Origin: an uncultured virus (IMG/VR IMGVR_UViG_3300044733_004038)
Taxonomy: Duplodnaviria; Heunggongvirae; Uroviricota; Caudoviricetes
Virus record (IMG/VR): IMGVR_UViG_3300044733_004038
Length of the DNA: 20,000 bases
Direction: 5' to 3' (one strand)
This document shows positions 8,018 through 20,000 of this stretch, piece after piece. A program made the position numbers and the translations under genes. Under the pieces are notes generated by a model. That model was given only the letters and a program-made list of their open reading frames with translations, was not told the DNA's origin and did not search any database. Position 1 is the stretch's first letter; every line of letters starts with the position of its first letter.

Positions 8018-8395
8018 CTACGGCTCGTCAATTTCTATCCACACTTGGTTTGGTTCAAACCACGCATAGTTGCCTTCAGGTCTTGGGGTTGGCGGTTGCC
8101 AATTGTGGTTCTCATCTAAAGTCCATGAAGGATATGGTTGTGGTGTTATGAACACATCGTTGATGAAGTCGTATGTGTCACCAATGCCTGCGTAACGTTT
8201 ACGAAAGTTTGAGTTGTAAGAAGTTCGCTTGCAGGTAAGCCCCAAATTCCACGATTGATTTTCGTAGTATTGTTCCCACGCTTCAGTAGAACCACCGACT
8301 TCGATATCGCCGTCTAGTTGCGTAACTGTTTCATCAACGCCCGTAAGTACCTTGACAACAACATTATTTTCGTTAAGAAATGCGTAATGCGCCAT
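8018..8395 (-). CDS. Family H partner protein (H3, MAHYAF subtype)
   Basis: Start reassigned to the ATG at 8395 (TAATG overlap), giving 125 aa. Shares GVDETVTQLDGD.EVGGS.EAWEQ with H4. Confidence 0.85.
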   Translation of the reverse strand: MAHYAFLNENNVVVKVLTGVDETVTQLDGDIEVGGSTEAWEQYYENQSWNLGLTCKRTSYNSNFRKRYAGIGDTYDFINDVFITPQPYPSWTLDENHNWQPPTPRPEGNYAWFEPNQVWIEIDEP

Positions 8396-9210
8396 TATGC
8401 CCAACTCACATTCCCGCTACCAGCGGTAATTGAAACTATTGTATTTGCGCCGCTGGTTGTTGATGATGATGTCAAACCCGCACCAACAGTGATTGTGCCT
8501 GACGCTGTTGGATATCGCAAAATAACTATCCCACTACCACCGTTGGTTCCAGTACCACCACCACCGCCACCTGTGTTTGCTGAACCACCAGTGCTAGACG
8601 ACCCACCACCACCAGTTCCACCAGGAGCATTATTGTCTCCTGCACCACCACCACCACGAGTAACTGCCGAACCAGTTATAGAACTAGATAAACCATCTCC
8701 ACCGTGACCGTCACCGTCTGTGTTACCTGCTTCGCCAGCACCGCCACCACCCGAAAATGTCCCAGAGCCACCCACAAATCCCTGAACAGGCGTTGCCCGT
8801 GCTGCTGCTGCACCAGTATATGCACCACCAGATGAACCACCGCTTAAACTTGGGCAACCAGCACCGCCAGTACCGCCGCCGCCCGTAGAAATTACTGTAG
8901 AAAAAACACTATCGGTTCCGCTACGACTTGTAGTACCATTAAGTACGCCACCAGCACCAACAGAAACAATATAATTTGTATTTTTAAAAACCGACAATGG
9001 TGTTTCTGCAGCACCACCACCACCTGTAGTTTCTCCGCTTGTGCTATTGCGATAACCACCAGCACCACCACCGCCACCATAAGAAACTGCGCCCGAACCG
9101 CCACCAGCAATAACTAAGTATTCTACGGTAAGACTTGGGGTAGTAGCAGCCTGACCCCAATTGCCTAGAGTCGGTTGTTGAGTTAGTGTTCTAGGAGAAT
9201 ATCTAGACAT
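8395..9210 (-). CDS. Glycine-rich putative adhesin G3
   Basis: 271 aa. EYLVIAGGG, GGGGAGGYR and GGSGIVILRY motifs. Ends ITAGSGNVSWA. Confidence 0.88.
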   Translation of the reverse strand: MSRYSPRTLTQQPTLGNWGQAATTPSLTVEYLVIAGGGSGAVSYGGGGGAGGYRNSTSGETTGGGGAAETPLSVFKNTNYIVSVGAGGVLNGTTSRSGTDSVFSTVISTGGGGTGGAGCPSLSGGSSGGAYTGAAAARATPVQGFVGGSGTFSGGGGAGEAGNTDGDGHGGDGLSSSITGSAVTRGGGGAGDNNAPGGTGGGGSSSTGGSANTGGGGGGTGTNGGSGIVILRYPTASGTITVGAGLTSSSTTSGANTIVSITAGSGNVSWA

Positions 9211-9212
9211 TA

Positions 9213-9560
9213 TTAAGCAATTCTATTTACAAAACCAAAGATTTCTATTTTATTAGCCGTACCAGCAAACGCTGTCACGTTGACAGAACCAGTCAAGATT
9301 AGACCGGCACAAACAAGAACAAGACCCGAAGGTGTCGCTGCAATCGACTGCTGAATCAAATCCGAAGTCACAGTTGCACCACCAAGTTCAACAGTTAAAG
9401 TAACCGCCGAAGAATGAATATTTGCCGCGTACAACCACAACTCGTCCAACGCGGTTGCGTGAGCAGCATGAATTGTTGTGCCAAGAGTTGCTGTTGCAGC
9501 AACGGCAATACCTCGACCGTTCGTGCTACCTGAAAGTTTTACCTTTGTAAATGTTGCCAT
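9213..9560 (-). CDS. Family T adaptor (T2)
   Basis: 115 aa, MATFTKVKLSGSTNG...LDELWLYAAN...GFVNRIA. Confidence 0.85.
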   Translation of the reverse strand: MATFTKVKLSGSTNGRGIAVAATATLGTTIHAAHATALDELWLYAANIHSSAVTLTVELGGATVTSDLIQQSIAATPSGLVLVCAGLILTGSVNVTAFAGTANKIEIFGFVNRIA

Positions 9561-9634
9561 GTGCTGCCTCTAATCTATAGTGCTATTGCCATAATATACT
9601 ACGCTACGCTACACGACCCTGATAAGCCACCTAG

Positions 9635-10000
9635 TTAAATTGCGACCCACTCTTGTTCTTCTTCACTCCACGAATACATTCCTTCGCCTGCTGGGTAAGC
9701 AACAGGTGCTTCCCAAACGCAAGTGTCTTCATCAAGAATCCACGATGGATATGGTTGTGGGGCGTAGAAAGCGTCTAGTGTCGCGTCATACTTATAGCCA
9801 ATGCCCGCATAGTTTTTACGATATGGGGTGCCACCATTGTTGTGCTGACCACCATAAGTGTTGTACGAGGTGCGCTTGCAAGGCTGACCTCGGAACTCCC
9901 CATACCATTGTTCCCAATCGATACCGTCTTCACCTTCGTTTTTACCGACGATGACTTCTGTAACGATATTTTCGTTATCTAGAAATGCGTAATGTGCCAT
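9635..10000 (-). CDS. Family H partner protein (H2, MAHYAF subtype)
   Basis: 121 aa. CKRTSYN, NYAGIGY and PQPYPSW motifs. AAGGA RBS upstream. Confidence 0.87.
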   Translation of the reverse strand: MAHYAFLDNENIVTEVIVGKNEGEDGIDWEQWYGEFRGQPCKRTSYNTYGGQHNNGGTPYRKNYAGIGYKYDATLDAFYAPQPYPSWILDEDTCVWEAPVAYPAGEGMYSWSEEEQEWVAI

Positions 10001-10074
10001 GTTTATATTTATCCTTGCTAAGTTTACATTACTTATTGCTATTATTCAAATTAGTATTTATTATACGTAATAAA

Positions 10075-10554
10075 TTATTCTTTTTCTATTTGAGGGAAAA
10101 TGCCATACGACAGTGTAATTCTAGGGTCAATCCCAATAGCCATATGCTTAGTACCTTTTGGTATTATCAATAAATCAGAAGGTTCTAGAATATATTCTTC
10201 TGTGTTATTTATTTTATATAGAACTTTTCCATGCAATCCTAAAAGTAAAACATCGGTTATGTCATCATGCACTGGACTTTTAATTCCGGAAACTAATGAA
10301 GAAAAAATACATAAATTAGATTCCGTATTATGCATATTGAATTCATTTTCTAATTTACTATAAATATCTATAAAATCATTATCTAAATGAACATCTTTTA
10401 TTTGAAAAATACTTTCAAATATAAAATCGTTTAAATAGTTGCTTGAAATTCTAGACAAAAAATGGTTTCTGTTTAATAATCCAGACAAATTATTAAAATC
10501 ATATTCACCAAAAGATAAATACTTTTTTATATATTGTGTTTTAATTAAACTCAT
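10075..10554 (-). CDS. JmjC/cupin-fold 2OG-Fe(II) oxygenase-like protein, AT-rich
   Basis: 159 aa. PVHDDITDVLLLGLHGKVLYKI...LEPSDLLIIPKGTKHMA supplies an H-x-D...H metal triad as in cupin_4/ROX-like JmjC proteins. ATGA overlap with the G2 stop. Confidence 0.8.
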   Translation of the reverse strand: MSLIKTQYIKKYLSFGEYDFNNLSGLLNRNHFLSRISSNYLNDFIFESIFQIKDVHLDNDFIDIYSKLENEFNMHNTESNLCIFSSLVSGIKSPVHDDITDVLLLGLHGKVLYKINNTEEYILEPSDLLIIPKGTKHMAIGIDPRITLSYGIFPQIEKE

Positions 10555-11462
10555 GCTGTCACTGTTCCCGTACCTGCGGTAAATCTATAGATTTTATAAC
10601 CACCTGTATCTGTCAAAGTATATGTCAAACCAGCACTGACAGTTAAATTAGGGGATGTATTCAAATACCTGACTATTACAACACCAGACCCCCCAGCCGA
10701 ACCAGCCTCGCTACCACCAAGAGAACCACCACCGCCACCACCGCCAAGATTTACTGTCCCAGCCGTAGAGGCTCCATTTGTACCTTGCCCCGTTCCGCCA
10801 CCTCCGCTGCCACCAGAACCACCAGAAACCGCTCCGCCATCGTATGTATTTCCTCCACCTCCACCACCGCCTGCATATGTAACAGCAGAGCCGCTATATG
10901 AATTGGATGTACCACCGCCTCCATTTCTTCCGCTACCGCCAGAAGACGCGCCACCGCCGCCGCCGCCAGTCCATTCCTGCGTAGCACCACCTGTGCCATT
11001 TGCCCCGTTGGTTCCTTCAGCTGGTGAGAAACCGCCTTGGTTGCCAGTACCGCCGCCCTGTGGGCTATATCCACCACCACCGCCACCCGAACCGCCGTCT
11101 TGACCTCTTTGTGCTTGACCGCCACCGTAACCGCCGCCAGTTGAGGTTATTGTGCTAAATACAGAATTTGAACCTTTAGTGTTAATACCTCCACCTGCGC
11201 CAACTGTCACTGTAGTGTTTGCACCAGCAATTAAACTTACAGCCCCTGCTGCTGTGCGAAATCCACCAGCACCACCACCACCACCATCTCGGTTTCCACC
11301 TCCACCGCCGCCTGCAACAACAAGATAGTCAACACTAATAGGCTGACCAGACCAACTGCCTGCACCTCGTTTTCTTTGAACATCACCAAGAGTCCAGATA
11401 CCAGACGCAGCAGAAGCACTTACCGTTTTTTCTGCTCCAATAATTCCACCATTAGCGCGCAT
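10551..11462 (-). CDS. Glycine-rich putative adhesin G2
   Basis: Start reassigned to the ATG at 11462 (MRANGGIIGAEK, matching G1 MGSNGGIIGAKK), giving 303 aa. G-family motifs. Confidence 0.87.
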   Translation of the reverse strand: MRANGGIIGAEKTVSASAASGIWTLGDVQRKRGAGSWSGQPISVDYLVVAGGGGGGNRDGGGGGAGGFRTAAGAVSLIAGANTTVTVGAGGGINTKGSNSVFSTITSTGGGYGGGQAQRGQDGGSGGGGGGYSPQGGGTGNQGGFSPAEGTNGANGTGGATQEWTGGGGGGASSGGSGRNGGGGTSNSYSGSAVTYAGGGGGGGNTYDGGAVSGGSGGSGGGGTGQGTNGASTAGTVNLGGGGGGGSLGGSEAGSAGGSGVVIVRYLNTSPNLTVSAGLTYTLTDTGGYKIYRFTAGTGTVTA

Positions 11463-11664
11463 TATGCCCAACTCACATTTCCTGAACCAGCGGTAATTGA
11501 AACTATTGTATTTGCGCCGCTAGTTGTTGATGATGATGTCACACCAGCACCAACGCGGTTGCGTGAGCAGCATGAATTGTTGTGCCAAGAGTTGCTGTTG
11601 CAGCAACGGCAATACCTCGACCGTTCGTGCTACCTGAAAGAATCGTCTTAGTAAATGTTGCCAT
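11462..11664 (-). pseudogene. Collapsed T::G fusion relic (5' end of a T2-like gene joined to the 3' end of a G3-like gene)
   Basis: 11550..11640 is identical to 9446..9536. 11462..11554 is near-identical to 8395..8487. The junction is CCAAC. The T frame gives 41 aa and then stops at TGA 11539..11541. Confidence 0.9.
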
Positions 11665-11679
11665 GTGCTGCCTTCAGTC

Positions 11680-12051
11680 TTAGCCGAAAACTTGACTACT
11701 TAAGATGTTTTGATCGTCGTCTGCGCTAAAGCTAGTGCCAGAAGACGCTGATGTCAAGCGACCTTGTGCATCTACTGTGATGTTCGCTGTTGTATATGAG
11801 CCGGCTGCCACCGCTGTGTTTGCAAGCTTTGCGGCCGTTACATTTGCATCAAGAATCTTGGCAGTTGTGACAGCGTCGCTTGCGAGCTTATCGGCGGTAA
11901 CCGCGCCGTTCTGCAGCTCAGTAGTTGAGATCGTCGCAACTCCAAGAGTAGCGGCCTGTAGTGACCAGATACTTCCGTCCCATGTCCACGTGCGAGTACC
12001 TTCTGTTACCGTGTCGCCCGGGGTTGGGGTTGATGGAAAATTTAGTGCCAT
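11680..12051 (-). CDS. Short fibre/linker protein, family A (A1)
   Basis: 123 aa, MALNFPSTP...TWTWDGSIW...GSYTTANITVDAQGR...DDDQNILSSQVFG. AGATAGGAT upstream, as for A2. Confidence 0.87.
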   Translation of the reverse strand: MALNFPSTPTPGDTVTEGTRTWTWDGSIWSLQAATLGVATISTTELQNGAVTADKLASDAVTTAKILDANVTAAKLANTAVAAGSYTTANITVDAQGRLTSASSGTSFSADDDQNILSSQVFG

Positions 12052-12103
12052 GTTAGTATCCTATCTAGTCTAGGCTTGTGTGACGCTGAAAACAAAATTG
12101 CCA

Positions 12104-12460
12104 TTAATCTTCGATCCAAGATTGTGACGGCTCATCCCAGTAGTAAAATTTATTGTCATCAGGATACGGAACAGGTGAGACCCATTCAGTAGTTTCTTCA
12201 TCAAGAGACCATGACGGAAAAGGTTTTGGAGCAATGTATGCATCTAGTGATGAATTATACGTATAGCCGATTCCAGCGTAGCGAGCACGAATATTGTTGT
12301 TGTATGATGTTTGCTTCCATGTCCCGCCAAGATGATTACGGCAGAATTCAGCACCTACAGCTTCTGATTCATTACCATTTTCATCTTTACAATCATTATC
12401 GTGCACGACAATAACTCGTAATACGATATTATCTTCTCCTAGTTCTGCAAAATGTGCCAT
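12104..12460 (-). CDS. Family H partner protein (H1, MAHFAEL subtype)
   Basis: 118 aa. VLRVIVV, GGTWKQTSYN, RYAGIGY and PKPFPSW motifs. AGGA RBS upstream. Confidence 0.87.
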   Translation of the reverse strand: MAHFAELGEDNIVLRVIVVHDNDCKDENGNESEAVGAEFCRNHLGGTWKQTSYNNNIRARYAGIGYTYNSSLDAYIAPKPFPSWSLDEETTEWVSPVPYPDDNKFYYWDEPSQSWIED

Positions 12461-12526
12461 TATTTATTTTCCTATGTGTTAGTTATGTCTTGCGCGATAC
12501 AAAAAGTTTATTAACTTATCTATTAC

Positions 12527-13495
12527 TTAGAATGTTATACTCCCCGTAGCCGTAAAAGTATATACTCTGTATCCTGTTGGATTTGTTACGGTTGGAGATC
12601 CTGTTGTTGCTGTTGCTAATGGCAAACTATCTGGATAGCGAATAATTACTACACCGCTACCACCGTTACCACCGAATGTGCCTGTGTTATAACCTGGGTC
12701 AGTGTTTGTCTTACCGCCACCTCCACCGCCAAGATTTGCTGTGCCTGCCGTACCCGATGAAGGAACTCCAGCACCGCCTGCTCCACCACCACCTGAACCA
12801 CCAGAGCCTGGAGTGTTTTGTGAGTCACCAGGTCTAAATCCTCCACCACCGCCACCGCCACGAGTTACCGAAGTGCCTGTAATGCTTGATGCTGAACCTG
12901 CACCACCATTACCGCAAACATTACCGCTAACATTGCCACCAATAGCGCCAGCGCCACCTCCACCACCACAACCACGACCTCCACTGGACCCGCCATTAAA
13001 GCCTTGAACAGGTGAAGCCGTGCGAGTTCCGCCACCAAATGAACCCTCACCTACACCGCCGCCACCTGAACCACCAGCGCGACCAGCAGAAGCGTTACCA
13101 GCACCACCACCGCCACCAGTGGCAGTAATTGATGCCAGAACAGAGTCGTTACCATCGCCACCAGCGCCTGGGTTATTAACTGATGTTCCTCCAGCGCCAA
13201 CTGTGACTGTATGCGCAGTGCCTTTTGCAAGTGTTAATTGCGTTTCTAAAGTGCCACCGCCACCGGTTGCTGTAACTGTGCTACGCAAACCGCCAGCACC
13301 ACCGCCACCGCCGCCATAAGTATTGTTGCTACCAGCGCCTCCGCCAGCAAGAACTAGATAATCAATTGTTATGTCTGTACTAGGCCAATTGCTTGCGCCT
13401 TTTTCTCTCTGCGCATCGCGAACAGCCCAAATACCAGACGCAGCGCCAGCGCTTATTGTCTTTTTTGCGCCAATGATTCCGCCGTTAGAGCCCAT
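12527..13495 (-). CDS. Glycine-rich putative adhesin G1
   Basis: 322 aa. G-family motifs. N-terminal ~38 aa similar to G2. Confidence 0.88.
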   Translation of the reverse strand: MGSNGGIIGAKKTISAGAASGIWAVRDAQREKGASNWPSTDITIDYLVLAGGGAGSNNTYGGGGGGAGGLRSTVTATGGGGTLETQLTLAKGTAHTVTVGAGGTSVNNPGAGGDGNDSVLASITATGGGGGAGNASAGRAGGSGGGGVGEGSFGGGTRTASPVQGFNGGSSGGRGCGGGGGAGAIGGNVSGNVCGNGGAGSASSITGTSVTRGGGGGGGFRPGDSQNTPGSGGSGGGGAGGAGVPSSGTAGTANLGGGGGGKTNTDPGYNTGTFGGNGGSGVVIIRYPDSLPLATATTGSPTVTNPTGYRVYTFTATGSITF

Positions 13496-13549
13496 TTACG
13501 TCCAACTTACGTTTTCGCTGCCAGCAAATGAAGATAGAAACTGTGCCAT
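13496..13549 (-). pseudogene. 17-codon minigene MAQFLSSFAGSENVSWT, probable collapsed G gene
   Basis: Its ATG overlaps the upstream TGA (TGATG) and its TAA abuts the G1 ATG. AGSENVSWT resembles the G3/G4 ending AGSGNVSWA. Confidence 0.7.
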
Positions 13550-13902
13550 CAGCTAATCTCCTCGTAAGAGCACACCGCCTCAAGGTCAGAGTTTGCTGAC
13601 GCTGTGAGTCGCAAAGTGTCTCCTTCTTCAAGGTAGATTGACTTAGAAATAATATCTAAAGTTGCATCTGCTGGAACCGAAACTGTTTTAGCAACATGAT
13701 AAGCAGTAGAAGAACGGAATATGTCTACGTTCACATCTGCCGCACTTGTCCCGTCAACATTTGATACATAGAGAGCATTTACTTTAAAAACTTTTCCTGA
13801 CGAACCACTGTTTGTAACGATTGCTGTTGCAGAAGTCGTTACAGCAAGAACTGCTGTTTTGCCTGTGATTGTTGCTACGTTTACTATGTTTGGTGCTGCC
13901 AT
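13549..13902 (-). CDS. Small beta-rich adaptor-like protein (S1; same slot as family T)
   Basis: 117 aa, MAAPNIVNVATITGKT...KSIYLEEGDTLR...SYEEIS. AAGGA RBS. Lies between a fibre gene and a G gene. Confidence 0.85.
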   Translation of the reverse strand: MAAPNIVNVATITGKTAVLAVTTSATAIVTNSGSSGKVFKVNALYVSNVDGTSAADVNVDIFRSSTAYHVAKTVSVPADATLDIISKSIYLEEGDTLRLTASANSDLEAVCSYEEIS

Positions 13903-13911
13903 GATTTATCC

Positions 13912-16520
13912 TTAACCTCCAAAGACAATCGCCATAGCAATTGCTTTTCCTGTTGATGCTTTTGTATCTATTTGTGTTTGAATTGCGCTTGTAACTCCGT
14001 TTAAGTATCCAATTTCTGTGTTAGATACGTTCTCGACTACAGTCTGATAAACGGTAGGTGTAGTCCATTCTAATCCAGTTGTCGTGCCGGTGTTAACAGT
14101 AAGAACTTGTCCGTTTGTGCCAGTTCCAAGATTGTCAACCGTGTTATTCGCAGTTCCAACTAAAAGATCACCCTTTGCGTCGATCGTGCTGAGCAGCTCG
14201 TTGAACGGTGCCGCGCCAATTTCTACCCAGGCGCCATCGTAGTAAACGAATGTTCCACCGATGTCTGAGTCGAACCACACCTGACCTGCAATAGGAGATG
14301 TTGGAGCGGTGCTTGAGATTGTAGCAAAGTTACCAGAGGCGCCGATCTCAATCCACTGACTGTCGTAGTAGATAAAAGTCTGCGCTGTGTCTGAGTCAAA
14401 CCACAGCTGACCTGAGTCCGGTGCGCCTGGAGCTGTGCTTGAGATCGTTGTTGAGCCAGCGGCACCGGTCGGTCCTGTAGGTCCTGTTGATCCTGTTGGT
14501 CCAGTGACAGTACTTGCAGCACCCGTCGCACCCGTTGCACCAGTAGCGCCGGTTGGTCCAGTCGCACCAGTCGGTCCAGTATCACCATTAACACCTGAAA
14601 TGCCCATCATGCCTTCTGGACCCGTTGGTCCAGTCTCACCTTGAGCACCAGTTGCACCAGTCGCGCCAGTTGCACCCGTAGCACCGTTCGCACCGTTCGC
14701 GCCTGTTGCACCGGTTGGACCAGTGTCACCTTGTGCACCTGTTGGACCAGTTACTGTTGAAGCAGCACCTGTTGGACCAGTTACTGTCGAAGCAGCACCT
14801 GTTGGACCAGTGTCGCCTGTAGCGCCAGTTGCACCCGTTGCACCTTGCGGACCGGTTGGACCAGTGACAGTTGATGCTGCACCAGTCGCGCCCGTTGCGC
14901 CCGTTGGGCCCGTCGGACCTGTTGCTTGAATTTCATAGTACGCTGAACCGTCGTTGGTAAACTCCCACTTATCAGACGTTTCGTTCCAACGAAGTAGTAC
15001 GTTTGGATCACTACCGCGCTCGACCTCGATGCCCGCGTTGAGACTAGCAGCGCCGGTCGCGCCAAAGTTGAGAACAACGATGTTGTCTTCAACGTTTAGA
15101 GTTTGTGTGTTTAGCGTTGTTGTAGTGCCGTTTACCGTTAAGTCGCCGGTTACCGTTAGATCGTTTGGAAGTGTGACCGACGTAACATTGACCCAGTTTG
15201 TTCCGTTGTACTGTAGTAAGTCTCCAGTGCCTGGTGTAGCTGCAGAAACATCTGAAAGAGTATCAAGCGTCGCGCTGCTTACAGCCGTGAAATCGTCGTT
15301 GATCCATTGACTGCCGTTATAGCGAAGAATTTCACCGTTTGCTGGTCCTGTAATCGTGACGTCTGAAAGATCATTAAGTTCAGCAACGCCGGCAGGGCCT
15401 GTAGCGCCAGTTGCACCCGTAGCACCAGTTGGCCCAGTGACAGTCGATGCTGCACCTGTTGCACCAGTTGGTCCAGTCTCACCTTGCGCGCCCGTCGCAC
15501 CCGTCGCACCCGTTACACCTTGAGCACCAGTTGGTCCAGTGTCGCCTTGAGCACCAGTTGGTCCAGTGTCGCCTTGAGCGCCAGTTGGTCCAGTGTCGCC
15601 TTGAGCACCAGTTGGTCCAGTGTCGCCTTGAGCGCCAGTTGGTCCAGTGACAGTCGATGCTGCACCAGTTGCACCAGTTGGTCCAGTAACTGTGCTTGCT
15701 GCACCAGTTGGTCCAGTGTCACCTTGAGCACCAGTTGGTCCAGTGTCACCTGTAGCGCCGGTTGGTCCAGTGACAGTTGATGCTGCACCCGTCGCACCAG
15801 TTGGTCCAGTGACAGTACTTGCAGCACCCGTCGCACCCGTTGCACCAGTAGCGCCGGTTGGTCCAGTTGCGCCGATATCACGAATGATGAGCAGCAAGCT
15901 GTGGTTGTTGGCAAAGTTTGTTGTTCCTGTGCCACCAGACGAAACAAAAGTGACACCATATTCAACATGTGTTGTTTGGTCGGTAACGCTTGTTACTTGC
16001 CACTCTTGATAGTTAACCGAGCTATTTGCATCTTGAATAAATAGTTCGTCACCTGCTTGAACATTGTTTAAGAAGATGTGAACGTCATTGTTGTTTTGGT
16101 TAATGTCATCAACGTTTATTTGTGTTGCTGAAATTTGTGTTGCGTTGTTCCACAGCAAATATGTATCGCCTGGATCACCGCTTGTGGCTGTAGTTTTTGC
16201 TTTATACTCAAAATACGATGAAGACTGACCTGCTGCGCCAGTCGCGCCCGTTGGTCCAGTAACAGTTGATGCTGCGCCAGTCGCGCCAGTCGCACCGGTC
16301 GCACCCGTTGGACCAGTTACTGTCGAAGCAGCACCGGTTGGTCCTGTTGGACCTAGAAGTCCACCATATGGAAGAGAGTTCCACGTGGAAACGCCATCTC
16401 CAATCTTAAACTGGTCTGTATCAGTCTCGAGTCCAATTTCACCAATGGCAAGCACTGGGTTTGGACTGGCTGATGACCACTGCGATGCAGTGCCTCGCCT
16501 AAGTTGAATTTGGATTGCCA

Positions 16521-16521
<1 letters not shown>
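13912..16521 (-). CDS. Collagen-like fibre protein B with Mtd-like N-terminal domain
   Basis: 869 aa. IQLRRGT...[15 protein letters not shown]...WNSLPY (Mtd_N-like). GPT/GAT/GAQ tracts, two LSDV...YNG..W repeats, two GQ.WFDSD...YYD..W.EIG repeats. Ends [11 protein letters not shown]. Confidence 0.88.
15520..15646. repeat. 27-bp tandem repeat (GDTGPTGAQ units)
   Basis: ttgagc(a/g)ccagttggtccagtgtcgcc repeated 4 times plus a partial copy. Confidence 0.85.

Positions 16522-20000
<3,479 letters not shown>

Noticed and set aside
3683..9670. Invertase-driven shufflon or integron
   Set aside because: All repeats are direct, all genes are on one strand, the boxes differ from each other, and no recombinase or attC-like palindrome is seen.
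4030..11471. ORF-track starts at 4042, 5908, 8404 and 11471
   Set aside because: Paralog N-termini and stop-start overlaps favour the ATGs at 4030, 5896, 8395 and 11462.
1..13495. Mycobacterial PE-PGRS or eukaryotic glycine-rich/collagen genes
   Set aside because: There is no PE domain or signal peptide, and the genes are compact, coupled and interspersed with phage tailspike and chaperone genes.
15520..15646. CRISPR-like repeat
   Set aside because: These are contiguous in-frame collagen repeats with no unique spacers.

Overview
This window is part of a tailed-phage late/structural region. All supported genes are on the minus strand, and many are joined by TAATG/TGATG/ATGA overlaps. Transcription runs from high to low coordinates. 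It begins with two large collagen-like (Gly-X-Thr) fibre proteins; one carries a cupredoxin-like Cys-x2-His-x2-Met domain and the other an Mtd-like N-terminal domain. An array of repeated small-gene modules follows, built from a few paralog families that I label here: A ('FP' N-terminal linkers, 2 genes plus a tailspike with an S74 chaperone), T (~120-aa adaptors), G (six polyglycine-rich proteins), H (five 'MAHF/YA' partners) and Y (two proteins with identical N-termini). An AT-rich JmjC/cupin oxygenase sits inside the array. Gene bodies are divergent, but several gene junctions are near-exact 40-100 bp repeats. There are also two collapsed-gene relics and an orphaned gene end. My inference is a recombination-shuffled, plug-in array of receptor-binding tips. 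No integrase, invertase, reverse transcriptase, tRNA or CRISPR is visible. All family names come from motif recognition by eye, not from database searches.
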